Positions 39,924 to 54,332 are shown, counted from the first letter of the stretch. The stretch is 64,000 nt of DNA from Salpingoeca rosetta (GCA_033442325.1 JAWQFM010000003.1:932109-996108); one strand, 5' to 3'. Numbers and translations: made by a program. The notes: a model not told the origin generated them from the sequence alone.

Positions 39924-42900
39924 TCACGCTTGCGACGGCATGCGCTTCCACTTGCCCGGCTGCTTCCAATCGCGTACAGGGAGGGTGGCAGCGGGGCTGC
40001 GCGGTGCACCTTGCAGCTCAACACGGCCGCCGTCGGCAAACGAGCTCGAGCGAGACATGGCGCTGGCAGAGGACCACGCGGAGAGCATGGATGTCGACGA
40101 CGTTGGGCGGGCGATGGTGGAGGAGGAGGACACGGCTTGCTCGCGCAGGGCAAGCAGTGCATTCTCGCCGATGCTGCTGCTGCTGGCACGGCGCAGCGGG
40201 GTGTGATGGCGCACGCCGCGATGGCGGCTTGGATGCAGATGGTGACGATCATCATCGTCGTCATCGTCAGCATCATCGTGCGACGTCACTTCGACCCGCG
40301 GCTTGGACGCGTCTGTGGGACCAACACGGCGCTTGCTCGGGGTCGCGTGCTCACCGCCGTGCACGCTGCCGCCATTCTCCACATCATCATCGTCAAACGC
40401 ATTGCCGTCGCTGTCGTCATATCCACTGCCCCGACTGCCCCGCTGCTGCTGCGGCTGCTTCTGCCACGCCCGCTTGTGCGGCAACCCGCGGTGCTGCTGC
40501 TGTTGGTGCTGTTGCTGCTGCTGGGGCATGGATATGCCACTGAGAATGGCGCTTGCACGGCGACTGCCACCACCGGCTGCTGATGCTGTGCGGGAGAGGC
40601 GGCGTGCTGGCGCAGCGGTGGGGCGCACGTTGATGGCCTCGCGAATCAGTTTGCGCAGGGCCGGATCTGATCCCGTGGCCAAATCCCACTTGAGGTCCTC
40701 CATCAGCGCCTCCTGCTCGACCTTCGAGTGCGGATCAACGATTGCACTTCGCTTCTCCGGGGCAACGAACATGTCTGGTGCACACGTGGACGATACAGTG
40801 CAGATATATGAAGGCGGAGGGGAAAGGAGGGGAGGGGTGAGACCAGGTCTAGTTGGAAGCGCGCGTGCGCGTGTGTGTGTTTATGTGTGTGTGTGCGTGT
40901 GTGTGTGCGTGTGTGTGTGTGTGTGTTTGTGTGTGTGTGTTTGTGCGTGTGTACATGTATGTGTGTATGTGTGCGCACATGTATGTGTGTGTGTGTGTTC
41001 GCTCGCAATAATGCAGCAAAGCAGGCAATTGCAGCCACCACCAATCAGAGAGAAACGCCACGACGCACCATCTGGGGAGATGTTCATTTCCCTCAGCGTC
41101 TCCTGTACAAATGTCAGATCCATCGCTCGCGAATTGCGCCAGTCATCACCGTGGGGTCGTTGCTGATGATGGGGCTGACCGTGACCGTGATTGTGATTGT
41201 GATTGTGACCGTGATCGTGATCGTGGGGTGCTGTGATGATGCTGTCTTCATCACCACAGGTACCACCCTGGTTCTCTTCGCCGTCATGGCGCTCGCTATG
41301 CACGGGTGTTTCGCCACTGCGCCCATTGGCATCTTCCTCTGCAAACACATCATCGTCACTGTCACTGTCATCGTCGTCACCACCACCCCTGTATCCACCA
41401 CCTCGCGCCATCCGACCACCATCACGGCTGCCAGCACGACCCGTGCTGCTGGCGCTGGCGTTGCGTTGTCGATCACCACGTGCGCTCGTGCATCGCATAT
41501 GTGCAGATACTGCTCGCCGCCACGTCCCCTGCCGCTGCTGCTGCTGCTGTTGAATGCCTCCACGCGCTGTTCCAGGGCGATATGAGGGCGGGCGGGTGCT
41601 TGACCGCTGCGTGGACGTTGTCGACCGTGCGCGTGCTGTTGACCTGCCGCTGGTGCCGCCACCACCACGTGCGCTGGGTGTGCGGTTGACAGGTGCAGAC
41701 GCAGGTCTGCCCTTGACAATGTCGCGCATGCGGCGCTGTCGCTCCTTTGCACGGTCCGTGCTGTTGCTCACGGCTTTGCCGAGCTTTGCCCGCTGGTAGT
41801 CCCGCTCAGACTCCTTCACAAGCGTCAACAGCTGTTGACATGGCCGTGTGTGTGTATGCGTGCGTGCGTGTGTGTGTATGCGTGCGTGAGTGCATGAGTG
41901 AGTGAGCGAGTGAGTGAGTGAGTGAGTGAGTGAGTGAGTGAGTGTGTGAGTGAGTGTGTTTGTGTGTGGAGCGAGCATCCTGGTACTTTGCACGCTGTCT
42001 ACAGCACACGCCACGGCCACAATGCAAGAAGTGAGCACACCCATAATTTCCATTACCACCATGGCCACCACCACCGCGCTTGTCGCACCTCATCGACGTG
42101 GTCCGATGAGGACTGGAAGCGCATGGCTTTGAGCTTTGCGCGCCGCTGCTGTACGTCCTTCTTGATCATGCGTGCGGTGTTGTACTTGACTTTGAAGCTC
42201 TTCCACAGCTTCTGCGCGTTGAGTTTGTTCTCCAGCCGCTTCTCTGCAGGGATGAGGATGGACTTGAAGTCCTGCAGCTCGTAGATGCTCTGTGCGTTCA
42301 TGTTGTTGCTTGCGCTTGGGTCCATCCCCGCCGTCACCTCCCTGATGTGCGGGCAGCGCGTGAGCAATTCTAAGAACTCGTGCAGCTGCAGGCGGCTTGG
42401 CAGCTCGATGCTTCGCGTGAGGCGGCATATCTCCACCGGCAGCTGCGACGGCGCGATGATGCGTCCAGAGAGTTTCAGTGCGCGGCTGACAGAGGTCAGG
42501 TCCTTGAGAAAGATGCCTTCGTGATCTGCCTCGTGGTCGTACAGGTCAAACGCCACCTTTGCGTCATACACCTCTTGGAAGGAGAGCTTCTTTGTGCAGA
42601 CGAGGCGCATGGATTTGCGGAGCGCCAGCGCATTCACGGCGCTCGTGCGGAAGTTGACTGTTTTGTGCAGGTCCTTGTCCAGATTGCCGCTGTTGTTGTT
42701 GTTCAAGTGTGTGTGTGTGTGTGTGTGTACGTGTGTGTGCATGTGCGTGCGTGTGTAAATGCGTGCGTGTGTGTGTAAATGCGTGCGTGTGTGTGTGTGT
42801 GCAAATGCGTGCGTGTGTGTGAATGCGTACATGTGTGTGATGCGGAGTGCAAGCAAGGAAGAGGGGTTAGTAGTGAGCAGCAGCTGCAAACAAGCACGAC

Positions 42901-43667
42901 AAACAAACAAGCAAGGTGGCGACGCTAACGGCAGGTGCACAGGGCGACCACAGGTGATCAGGGCGGCAGTGCCTACCTGTCGAACAGTCCATCAAACTGC
43001 GTCTTTGTGAGGCCATTCTGCTGTCGTGCCAGCTTGGGGCAGTGCTTCTCAAAGAGATCGCCTTTGAACTGCAAACAACACAAACGAACAGAAACAACAC
43101 ACATGGCGTGAGGGGAGTTGGGTTGTGTGCTGTGCCCACCGAAGCAAGTCGGCATGAGCAACAGGCATTGCAAGCAAGGGCAAGCAAGGGCAAGCAAGGG
43201 CAAGCAAGGGCAAGCAAGGGCAAGCAAGGCAAGCAAGGGCAAGCAAGAACAGGTGGTAATCTTACCCCATTGCATCTCGCGAGGCAGCTGCACGTACACA
43301 AGCGGGGGAGGAGGAAGTGATGTGAGATAGAGACGCAAGAAAGGAAGATGGTCACTTAACACCTTATTCGGCCATTACCCATATTGACAAACAACATCAC
43401 ACACTCTTACACCGGTACACCGGTACACCCATACACCCGTACTCTCTCTCTCTCTCATACACACACACACACACACACTCATACACACACTCATACACAC
43501 ACACACACACACTCATTAACACACACACATACACACACTCACTCCCCCCCCCCACACACGTACATGGTATCATGTATGCGTGCATGCTTGCAACGCAAAC
43601 AGACAGACCTTAATTCATCCCATGTGAGGAAGGTGTGCTTTGCAATGTATTGAAGGTGAAAGCCCAT
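39924..43667 (-). CDS. Unknown multi-exon protein: degenerate EF-hand-like N-terminal half, long disordered Arg/Ser-rich tail
   Basis: MGFHLQYIAKHTFLTWDEL; LTKTQFDGLF; EVYDAKVAFDLYD..RLQLHEFLELL; coiled coil; GT-AG junctions. Confidence 0.55.
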
Positions 43668-44129
43668 GGCTGCTGCTGCACGCTACCGCCCGCGGCACAG
43701 CGCGTTCCTAGCTCGCGCTCCAGCTTGTCAAGGACGTGCCACCGAGAAGCGCAGCGAGCCAGCACGGCAAGCGAGCACCAGGAAGAGAAGAGAAGCGAGA
43801 GGAGGAGGAGAGGAGAGGCAACGCAAAGTCGCTTGGCTTTGCTGATGACGGAGGTGTTGTGTTGTGTTTTGGGGACTGTCGTTGTTGTGCGGTTGCGACA
43901 GCGGGCGAGTTTGGGATACCAACAAATTCATGTCTGACACGCATTTCACACACACGACAGCGGCAGAGATATAGAGAGCACGAGACAACGCGTGAGTGCG
44001 ATTGGAGTGAACGTGCCAGCGACAAGAAGCAGTGCCGACTCTCTTTTGACGCCTCGCTTGCAACACAGCACAGCACAGCACAGCACAGTACAGCACAACA
44101 CAACACAGCACAGCACAGCACAGCGCAGG

Positions 44130-45035
44130 ATGGATACGACGGCGGACGATGCCGGTGCGACAGCGCCAGATGCCACGACAACCACTACGACGACGACGAC
44201 GACGACGACAATCGTGGAACGCCCCGGCATGCGCATTGTGTGCCCAGGCGATGTGATCACAGAGGATCAAGGCTACATGCGCGGGCACGGCACGTTCATT
44301 CACGACGGCCGGCTGCTGGCCAGCGTCGCCGGTGTGGTGGAGCGCGTGAACAAGGTCATCAGCGTGCGGCCCGTGCGCACGCGGTATGTGGGTGAGATTG
44401 GCGATGTCGTTGTGGGCCGCATCATGCAGGTGGGACAGCGCCGCTGGCTCGTGGACACGCAGTCGCGCCTCAGCTCCGTGCTGAAGCTGTCGTCCGTCAA
44501 CCTCCCTGGCGGCGTGCTTCGGCGAAAGTCTGCGAGCGACGAGCTGACGATGCGGCAGGTGTTGGCAGAGGGCGACCTCATCAGCGCAGAGGTGCAGGCC
44601 ATTTTTCAGGAGGACGGCACGCTCTCATTGCACACGCGCAGCCTGCGGTATGGGAGGCTAGGGCCCGGCATGTTCATGCGCGTGCCCTCTGTGCTGGTGC
44701 GGCGGTCCAAGAACCACTTCCACACACTGCCCTGCGGCGTGGCCGTGGTCCTGGGCAACAACGGGTACATCTGGATTGGCGCGTCAATGGAGGAGGACAC
44801 CACACAGGCGAGAGAACACGACCAGCACATCATCACGGAGGAGACGCGGCGCCGCATGGCCAGGGTACGCAACGCCATCTCTGCGCTCGCCCACCGCATG
44901 CTCAGCATCTTCGACACAACCATCATCTTCACCTATGACGACTCGGCACACTTGGAAGAGAAGGAGATGTTGCATCCCGAAGCCATTGCCACCATCACCC
45001 AGCGCGCATACCTCCTCTGCACAGACCAGCTCTAG
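44130..45035 (+). CDS. EXOSC2: Exosome complex component RRP4 (intronless)
   Basis: IVCPGDVITEDQGYMRGHGT, RYVGEIGDVVVGRI, LSSVNLPGGVLRRKS, LHTRSLRYGRL, VVLGNNGYIWI. Confidence 0.97.
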   Translation: MDTTADDAGATAPDATTTTTTTTTTTTIVERPGMRIVCPGDVITEDQGYMRGHGTFIHDGRLLASVAGVVERVNKVISVRPVRTRYVGEIGDVVVGRIMQVGQRRWLVDTQSRLSSVLKLSSVNLPGGVLRRKSASDELTMRQVLAEGDLISAEVQAIFQEDGTLSLHTRSLRYGRLGPGMFMRVPSVLVRRSKNHFHTLPCGVAVVLGNNGYIWIGASMEEDTTQAREHDQHIITEETRRRMARVRNAISALAHRMLSIFDTTIIFTYDDSAHLEEKEMLHPEAIATITQRAYLLCTDQL

Positions 45036-45134
45036 CCGTACGCTGTTGTTGCTTCTTGTGTGTTTTACAATGGTGTTAGGAGGGAAGAGCGCCGTTGCTG
45101 TGGAGTATGCGTTGTGTGTGTGTGTATGTGTGTG

Positions 45135-45168
<34 letters not shown>

Positions 45169-45362
45169 CGTTGCTGTTTGCGCGTATGCATGTTTATTCG
45201 TGATGGTTGCAATGTTGATTGAACGAATTGCAACCTTGCACGGAAGGCGAGGCAAGTTAAGAGCAAGACAAAACAAAACACAAGAAGGGGGGAAGACGGA
45301 AGGGAACAGAAGAGAAGCAAGGGCGGCTTTGTGCTTTGTGCTTTGTGCTTTGTGCTTTGTGC

Positions 45363-45431
<69 letters not shown>

Positions 45432-45443
45432 ATGCGTGTGTGT

Positions 45444-46557
45444 TCACACGCGAATGATGCGGCAAGCTGATCGGTCCACAATGCCAGACAGCAAACCCTT
45501 GGACTTCTGTGTGGTGGTGAAGGTGCATACATGAGACCAAAGTGAAGGCGTGAGGCTTTGAGTGGAGTTGCGATGACCAAAACGAGTGGCCAAAGCGAGA
45601 CTCGAGCGCACATGAACACATCATCACATCACAACATCACCTCTGGAATGTCGTTTCGTCGCGGTCCGTGAATCAGCAGGTGCGCATACGTTCCACCTGA
45701 CAAGAGAATTGTGTGTGTGTGTGTGTGTGTGTGAAATGAGACTGTACACATATTGTGCCAGTGGTGCGCGCGTTTGTGCATGGGTTGGAGGACATGGTGT
45801 CTCACCTGCGGACATGCGGGTGAGGTGGCCTGGGTTGATGGCCAGGGAACCGTTGACATCCTGTGATCAAACGCAACAGCGCGTGGTGACATGTGGGAAC
45901 AGCTGGTCATTATTACATGCAAGCGCAGCACACGCCACCAACGGCAAGAACAAGACCAGGAACAAAAGAACAACAACTACAAGAGCAAGAACAAGAACAA
46001 GAACAAAAGAACAACAACTACAAGAGCAAGAACAAGACCAGCAGCAGCAGCAGCAGCAACATACGCGAACAAAGTGGCGAAGTGTGGACGGGAGAATGAT
46101 GACATCCGGGGTGACGGGGAGCTTGAGGTTGTCAATGTGCGCGTAGTCCAGGTGCACCTGCTCGTGGGGCGGGTCGAGTGGATAAAAACTCCGCTGCTCA
46201 AACAGATGGTTCACAAGCCGCTGCATGCGATCCGTATGCATGTTCGATGCCTCTGTCGTGGTTCATGACACGTGTGCGTGCGTGTGCGTGCGTTGTGCGC
46301 GCGTGTGCGTTGTGTGTGACGGGTGAGCACACAACAAATGGCTTCGACGTGATCGTGGATGGCTCGATGAGAGGCCAACAAGACAAAGAGTGAGGAAACA
46401 TGCACACGCATGTTTGCACGCACGTACACGTAGACACACAGTAACATAGACAGTACCTGAGCGGGAGAGTTGGAAGAGGACGTCGTTTGAGGTGACGGCA
46501 AATGTCAACTCGTTGATCATAAACGTGGACGGGTTCGCAAGGAAATGCACCCGCTGA

Positions 46558-46589
<32 letters not shown>

Positions 46590-47222
46590 AAGATGGAGAG
46601 CGTATTCAGTGAGCGAGTGCTTGTGTATGTGTATGTGTGTGCGTGCGTGCGTGTGTGTCGGTGTGTGTGTGTGTGTGCGAGTCAGACAGAGCGGCCTGTG
46701 TGGCGCATGGCGATCATGTACAGGAACACCGTCGCTGGTCGTACAGCAAGGCTGCGAGTCACCACTTTCAACCAGCAAACACAAGGCACCAAGCCTGAAT
46801 AGCAGCAACACGAACACGCACGTCGTGCCGCAGCGTGGGGATCTGGAATGGCGCCTGCGGGAAGATGAAGTCGTGTGTGACGTCGCCCAGCGACGGGATC
46901 ACAATTGCGTGTGTGTGCGGCAGCGAAGACACCACGCCCGTGATCTTCTCCATCACAAACGTCAGCACCTCATCAAAGGACTCGTCAAACTCGCAGCCCT
47001 ACGTGTACACGTGCGAGTGAATGAGTGAATGAGTGAAGGAGGGAGCACGAATGAGTGAGTATGAGTCGGTGTTTGATTGTGCGCGCGTAGGGTGTGTGAA
47101 TGTAATTGTGGGTGTGAGGGGTGTGGGGTGTTGGTGGAAGCTACATGTTTTTGTTTTCTGTCCATCAGCGTACGCTCACGTGCGTACGTCACGGCCAACT
47201 TCTCTCACATGAAGCTTCCACC

Positions 47223-47308
<86 letters not shown>

Positions 47309-48188
47309 ACCACCACCACACCCCCCCCCCCCCCACCCACACACACCGTGATGAGCGGGTGCTGGTCGTGGACAAACGGTCCGATGACGATGACGACCTC
47401 TGGCCGCGTCTGTGAAACTTTGGCGAGAAAGTCATCGAGCGGAGCGTATGTCAGGTCCTGGTTGGTCGTGAAGGGTCCCGCAGCCATCATCACATTCACA
47501 GCACCGCCATCTTTTGGGGAGGAGAAACAGAGACAGAGAGAGGGGAAAGGGGCAGGGGGGTGAAGCACCATTGGGAGAAGAGCGAAAGGCGAGCGCGTGA
47601 GCGTTTGCATGTTCACATGTGTGCGTGTGAGTGAGAGAGCAGTAGCGTGAACGCGTTATGAGAGGAATGGACTGGCAGCAGAGCAGGTAAAGACATCATC
47701 ATGGCGGCATCAGGGCCAACCTGGACCGTCGTTTGAGAAGTAGAGGTCGAGAAACTCCTGCGGTTTCGTCTTCTTCCGCGGCGCAGGCGCGCCCTGAGAA
47801 AACACACGCACACCCGAGAGAACGAGGACAAACCCACAGTCATAGACACACACACACACAAAGGCACACAGTGCGTTTGGTCAGCAAGGGGGAAACAAAA
47901 TACACGTGACATACCACGCATGCAGGGCATGTATGTACACGTGGCCAAAGGCTCGCGCGCGAGAGGGAGAGTGGGCAGTACCTGATAAATGAGACTTGGT
48001 GTAAAGGCATCACCAGTCGGATTCACACCCTCAGCAGCAATAATCTGAGACAGCGCCAAGCCAACGCGTGTCAACGGGTACATGAGAACGATGAGGTTGC
48101 GTTGAAGTGGGCTGTTCAGAGAGACCGCAAATGCATGCACACGACACACAAAATGCACACACACACAAAATGCACACACACACAAAAT

Positions 48189-48225
<37 letters not shown>

Positions 48226-49725
48226 AACCCATACACAGCGGCAGCATGCAACATCAGCTGGAACAGGGCGACTGACCTGCCCCGGGAATAGGGAGAAGAG
48301 CTGTGTGCTGCTGAGATCGAGCGGAACGCGTTTTCCAAGCGAGTTGGCCAAGCAGCCCTGCACCCGACCGAGCAGTTCCACACGATGCAGGCCACAGCAG
48401 TGTCAATTGCTTGCAAGCACGAAGGTTTGCACAAGACACGTGTGATGCGCACGTGTGTGATGTGGACGCAGCCCAGCACAACACCGATGACAAACAAACA
48501 ACAAGAACAAGAACAACAAGAACAAGAACAAGAACAAGAACAACAACAACAACAACAATAACAACCACTGCGATGCGATATGGGGGCTGACCTCGAGGAC
48601 AACGGAGCGGCTGTTGAGCCGGCCCTCCGCTGCATCCACACACACGCGCCCGACAACAAGCACCGGCGACTGCACACAGCGGGGTGGGGCGAATTGGTGA
48701 GTTAGGCGTGAGACAAGGAGAGAGTGTTTGTGTGAGTGCGATAGTGAGTGAGCAAGTTAGTGAGTGAGATAGTGAGTGGGTGAGCAAGTGAGTGGGAGAT
48801 AGAGAGATAGAGAAAAAGTGTTTATATACATCTTTGTATGTGTGTATGTGTGTGTGTGTGCGACAGACAGACGGACGGAGACAGACAGCAACGCCCATGG
48901 TGCGTCTCTCGCCGTCAAGCCATGTGAGCAAACGGCGCCTCAACCTGTGATGGAAAGTCGACGCTGTTGAGCTGCTCCAGCACCTGCCGTGGTGTCAGCT
49001 CCTGCTGCTCTTCATCCCCACCTTCGTCCTCTGCGCAGTTGCGGCACATGTGTGCACACGTATGCGTGTGTGGATGCGTGTGTGTATGCGTGGGCTCGTT
49101 TGTGAGTTGGGAGAAGTGAGTGCTGGCAGTGGGCCGCACGCCCCCTCGCGCAACGTTGAGGACTATGCAACAGCAGCACATTTATGGTACAAAGAATAGG
49201 CACGAAACACGACACGTGTATTCACCATGAGTTCCCCACCTTCTGACTTCTTGAGCGCAATGGACTGCAATTTGTGTTTTCGGATGATCAACTCCGCCAT
49301 ATCCTCAATCCGCACATCCAGCACTGCACACACACACACATGGACACAGGTAAGCGTGGGCAGAGCGCAAGCGGTCGAGGGTATGAGCAGAGGTGCACGC
49401 ATGTACGTGCAAAAGCAACAACACCCACATACACATACACACGCAACAGGCACACGCACGCGCCATGGCGTCGAGAGCCAATCACATCGTGATATCATTT
49501 CCCCTTTTTGCTGAACTCGCATTGTTGCTGCGCTCGTACCTTCTGCTCTGTCATGCAGCTTTTCAAACATGAAGCGGTATGTCTTCTCCAGCGTGCTTGG
49601 AAACACTGGCATTATGGAAGCAGACGCAAGGCAATGCGCATAAACACATACACAGACGCACGTGCGAGCGAGTATGCAAGAATAAGAGCAACGAGATCAA
49701 GAATGAGAGCAACGAGATCAAGAAT

Positions 49726-49792
<67 letters not shown>

Positions 49793-50823
49793 GCAACAAC
49801 AACAGGAGCAACGAGATCAAGAATAACAGTACCTGACACGTGCACGTTCTGGCGTGGGCCATCGCTGGCAACTTCAACGGGCCGCTGTGAACGCGGGGCG
49901 CATTGTTGTTGTACAGATGTGAGTATACGCGCGAATATATGCGAACATCGCAAGTGCAAGTTGCATGTCCGCAAGACCGAAGCACTGTTCGATGATGCAC
50001 TGTTCCACGAAACACACAAACGTGAAAGTACACACGTACACACGAGCACACGAGCGCATGAGAACACCCACCCACACACACGCCCTCTGTCGTGTCACCT
50101 GTCCTGGGTTGAAGGTCAGCTCGACGTGCCCGGCGTTTGTGCGCGTTGCTGGTCAGCCGCAATCATCGCATCAACCACACGACCAAGGAAACAACAATGG
50201 GTCAGCCTCCCAAACAACTCACTGTGTTGCGTACCGCAATCATCCAAACACAGTTCAAGTTCCTGGCGCAGTCGGGTGGGTGCAGCCCTCTCCCACAGCC
50301 ATCCCCAAATGACTCCAGTGACCCCAATGACACCAATTACACCACATGCACGCACCGTAGTTGGCGGATGCTCGAGGTGACTCTGCAGGAAGGCTGGATG
50401 CTTGCTGGCTGGTTGGAGTGCCCGGGGTGTTGGGCGTGCTTCGTGCACCACCCACCGACCGCTGTTATGGCACGAATGCGCACGCAGCGAGTAATATGGC
50501 AGGGTTGGTGGAACTAAATGAGCTTGTCAATGTTGCGCATGCGTGAGCAGCAAATGTACACAAAGCAGCATGGCAATCACACCCACGACACCTGCAACAC
50601 GCACCCGCACACACACACACACAATGCATACGACGCATTCGATCGATGGCGGTGAACACAGCCCGCACACGACATGCATACCTTGACTGCTTGCGGGGAA
50701 GCGAAACTCATGCGCTTGCGTGATGACTGACCAAAAGCACAACACCAAGAGAGCAGGGATATCAAGTTGGTGAACACATCAGTGAGTTTGAACTGTTTGT
50801 TGCAAGCAAGGCGGCGTCAACGC

Positions 50824-50877
<54 letters not shown>

Positions 50878-51834
50878 CACAACACAGTACAACACAACAC
50901 ATACGTACACACACACGTACACTTCAACTCGCCCCACCACGTGCAAGACAGCCGCACCTGCTTGGGCTTCTGCGCGCTGGTCTTGATGGCCTCAGCCACA
51001 TCTCCAGAGAGCCCAAACGAGCTGACAAGCGCATTGGCCAGCCTGCACAGGTACAAGAGTAGCAACCATGCGCCCGTGTGCCCCACCATCCACGGGGGTG
51101 CGTGAGTTTGTGTACAACAGTGGTTGTGGGGTGTAGTTGCGCACATCTTGTTGGCATCACTGCATTGCTGCTTGCACACAACACACACACACACACACAC
51201 ACACACAACACACACACATACATACACACACCCGGAGCCAATGGTTGACTTGTCGTAGTGCACGGTGGGTCGTTGCGGCGTGACTTTCTGAGACATGGTC
51301 TTGGACATCTGCGTGCAGTCATGTGCGTGCGTGCGTGTGTGCGTGCGTGGAGTTGGGGCGGTTGGTGAGAATTGGAGTGGGGATCGAGATGGGAGGCTAG
51401 TGCAGCATTTGGCAAAGCAGCACTCACGTCCTGCGCGAGCTGCTCCAGGGCGCTTTGTGTGGGCTTATCGCCGAGTTGCTTGGACATGAAGAATGCGTTC
51501 CACTTTACAGCCAAGTCCAGTGGCTCAAGTCCAAAGCGGTGACACAAATCGGCACCTATCAGTGCGTGCGTGCGCATGTGTATGTGCATGTGTGCACGTG
51601 TGCGTGCGCATGTGCGTGCATGTGCGTGAGACAAGGCGTGCATGACAAGGCGCTGTGCGGCTTGCGTTTGCCAGCATCGCGAGTCGTTCTCATCGGTCGC
51701 CAAACACAAACGATGCCAAAACGAGTATTGCCTTGACTTGCGGCTGTGCTTTTGTGCGTACATTGTCCTATGACTGCGTCATCGTCCAAGGTGATGCCTA
51801 GCTCGCCAAACTGCTCCTTGATCGCCGTCTCCAT
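45444..51834 (-). CDS. POLA2: DNA polymerase alpha subunit B, many exons
   Basis: TYRFMFEKL, SLFPGQ|IIAAEGVNPTG, AAGPFTT, RPEVVIVIGPFV, VIPSLGDVTHDFIFPQAPF, LFEQRSFYPLDPP, TPDVIILPSTLRHFV, INPGHLT, GGTYAHL, ACRIIRV*. Confidence 0.93.
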
Positions 51835-51993
51835 CGTGTGTGTGGTGGTGTGTGTATGGTGTGTGTATGGTGTGTGTGGTTGGTGTCCTTCCTGTGTTCT
51901 CTTCTGCCTGTGTGCGGTGTTCTGTGACGGTGACCTGAACCCTGCACTGCCTTCGCTCTCTGACTGTTCTCGCGCTCGTTTTGTGCTTTGAGC

Positions 51994-52037
51994 TTTTGGC
52001 GCCAAAACGCTTCTTGTTGGTGCTTGCTTGGCGAAAA
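51994..52037. promoter_or_regulatory. Candidate E2F sites in the POLA2/SFR1 bidirectional promoter
   Basis: Perfect palindrome TTTTGGCGCCAAAA (51994-52007) and TTGGCGAAAA (52028-52037). Confidence 0.6.
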
Positions 52038-52077
52038 CGTGTGAAAACGTGTTTACCACAAGCACTGCAGAGCGGAT

Positions 52078-52988
52078 ATGATGAAGAAGATGAAGATGAT
52101 GAAGATGGCGGGAAACGAGGACGAAGCAGACGACAAGCAGCAACAGACCTGCGGCGACAAAGGGGCAGCAAAGGCAGCAGACGCGACGATGCATGTGATG
52201 ACGGCGGAGGAGTATGAGCGATACGTCAAGGCAAATCCACCCGCAAAAGACAGTCACGGCAGCAGCAGCAGCAGTCACGGTAACAGTTGCAGTGGATACG
52301 ATGTGAAGAGGAAGACTGTGAAAACAAGCAAGGGAGAGGAGACCATCGTCTACTGGACAGCTGCCACTGCAAGTGAGAAGGGCAGTGGGTCATCTTCGTC
52401 TCCTCAATCACAAGAACCAGCGAGCTCCGGCTCGTCATCGTCAGGCACTCCAACAACAAGCTCAGCGCCCACACACTCCGCATCGTTGTCATCATCATCA
52501 TCATCATCATCAGCAGGAGCAGCATCAACAACAACAGCAACAACAACAACGACGACCAGCACGACCACACCGGCAGAGCCGAGCACGCCCGCCAAGCAAA
52601 CAGGCTTGAGCCAGCCGAGCACTCCAGCATCCTCAATAGGGCCGCGGTCAGTTCGCCGGCGGGGCGGCGGCCTGCTTTCCCGCCCAGCGTCGTCCATGCT
52701 GCGCAAGCGCCCCAAGATGGAGACAGAGGAGCTGCGCAAGCTCAAGAAACAGCGGGACGCGCTCAAGGAGAAGCTGCGCAAGCTGGAGCTGGTGCGCACG
52801 TACCGCAGCAAGCACGACACGGCAGACTTGGATGAGCTGATTCCAAAGTGGCGCGGCGTGTGCCAGCAAGCATTACAGGACCTTGCTGATTCCAAACCAG
52901 ATGTAACGGTCAAACAGCTCATCACCCACTTCAACATCCCGCCCAAACTCCTCAAGTTTGACATGGAGGACGAAGAGTTTATCGACTG

Positions 52989-52989
<1 letters not shown>
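52078..52989 (+). CDS. SFR1: Swi5-dependent recombination repair protein SFR1/MEI5 (intronless; true start may be a downstream Met, e.g. 52105)
   Basis: EKLRKLELVRTYRSKHDTADLDELIPKWRGVCQQAL..KQLITHFNIPPKLLKFDMEDEEFID*, the SFR1/Mei5 C-terminal domain. Confidence 0.88.
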
Positions 52990-53049
<60 letters not shown>

Positions 53050-53405
53050 GTGTTGTGTGTCAGCGATTGCTGCATTTGCCGTTGTGATTTGTCAGTACTA
53101 CGCTTATCCTTAAATACTCTGCTTCCTTCTCTGCACCTTGCTTCTTCTCTGCGCTTGCCCACGCTTCCGTGCTCAGGCAGTAAACGATCACGCTTTGCAC
53201 TACGTAACAGAGCTTCTATTGCTGAACACACTTGCTCTCGTGTTCGTTTGCACAACAGACACAACAGTAGGGGGCCAAACACAACACAAAACACACCACC
53301 AAGTTACATGAAGAAGCTACTCGCAAACGCACACACACACACACACATATACACACGAAAGAAGGCGAGCCAAAACACAGCAAGAGTGTAGGGAGTGAGT
53401 CGAGC

Positions 53406-53766
53406 TCATGCGCTGGAAGCGTCGTTGTTCGCGTCCACTTTGCTCAGCTGTGAAAGACAAAACCAAACAGCACCGAAATGGAAACAGGTACAACAAGGTG
53501 ATGTGAGTCAACGCACCGCAATCTCTTGGTGGTCCGCACACGCATTGCATCGCTATCCAACCCCCAATGCGCGCGCGCACACACACACACACACACATGC
53601 GTGACAGCGTGCAGGGGTAGAACTTACGCCTCTGTCAGCTGTCTACTGACCTCTTGCGAGACGAACGTGGCCAGGCCGACGGTGCTCTCCAGCAGCCGCT
53701 GCGTCTCCCGCAGTTTGTGCAGCTTCCGGTCAAGCGCAATCCGCGACTGTTGCCGCTGTTCATGCG

Positions 53767-53852
<86 letters not shown>

Positions 53853-54259
53853 TTGCATGCGGTGGATGACATGAGTGGGCAAGAGGAGGAAGAGAAGGAG
53901 CAAGGAGATGAGATGACATGACATGTGCGTATCGTCTATTGTGTTGTGCTGGCGGTGTTGGAGCAAACACAACATGATGGCTGCTCAAGTGGTTTCATGC
54001 TTGCCACCAACCTTGGCATCCTTCTTGATTCCGCAGACTGTGCAGAGCCGGTCGAATTCAGCCTGCAGAGACAACGACAACGACGATGGAAGGAACAATG
54101 ATGGGAACATGGGTGAGTGGATGAGCACGCATCATCTGCATCGGTGGCATGCACGCGCAGCGACAACCTCACACACACACACACACACATGAACAGGGCC
54201 ATGATCAAACACAAGCGCAAGACCTTTCACCGAACATTGCACCCAAATGGCTCCACACA

Positions 54260-54332
<73 letters not shown>

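Noticed and set aside
43165-43245. (GCAAGCAAGG)n 10-mer and other simple repeats such as (GGA)n at 34727-34780 and (GTCT)n at 23620-23850
   Set aside because: Ordinary intronic or intergenic simple repeats in a repeat-rich genome.
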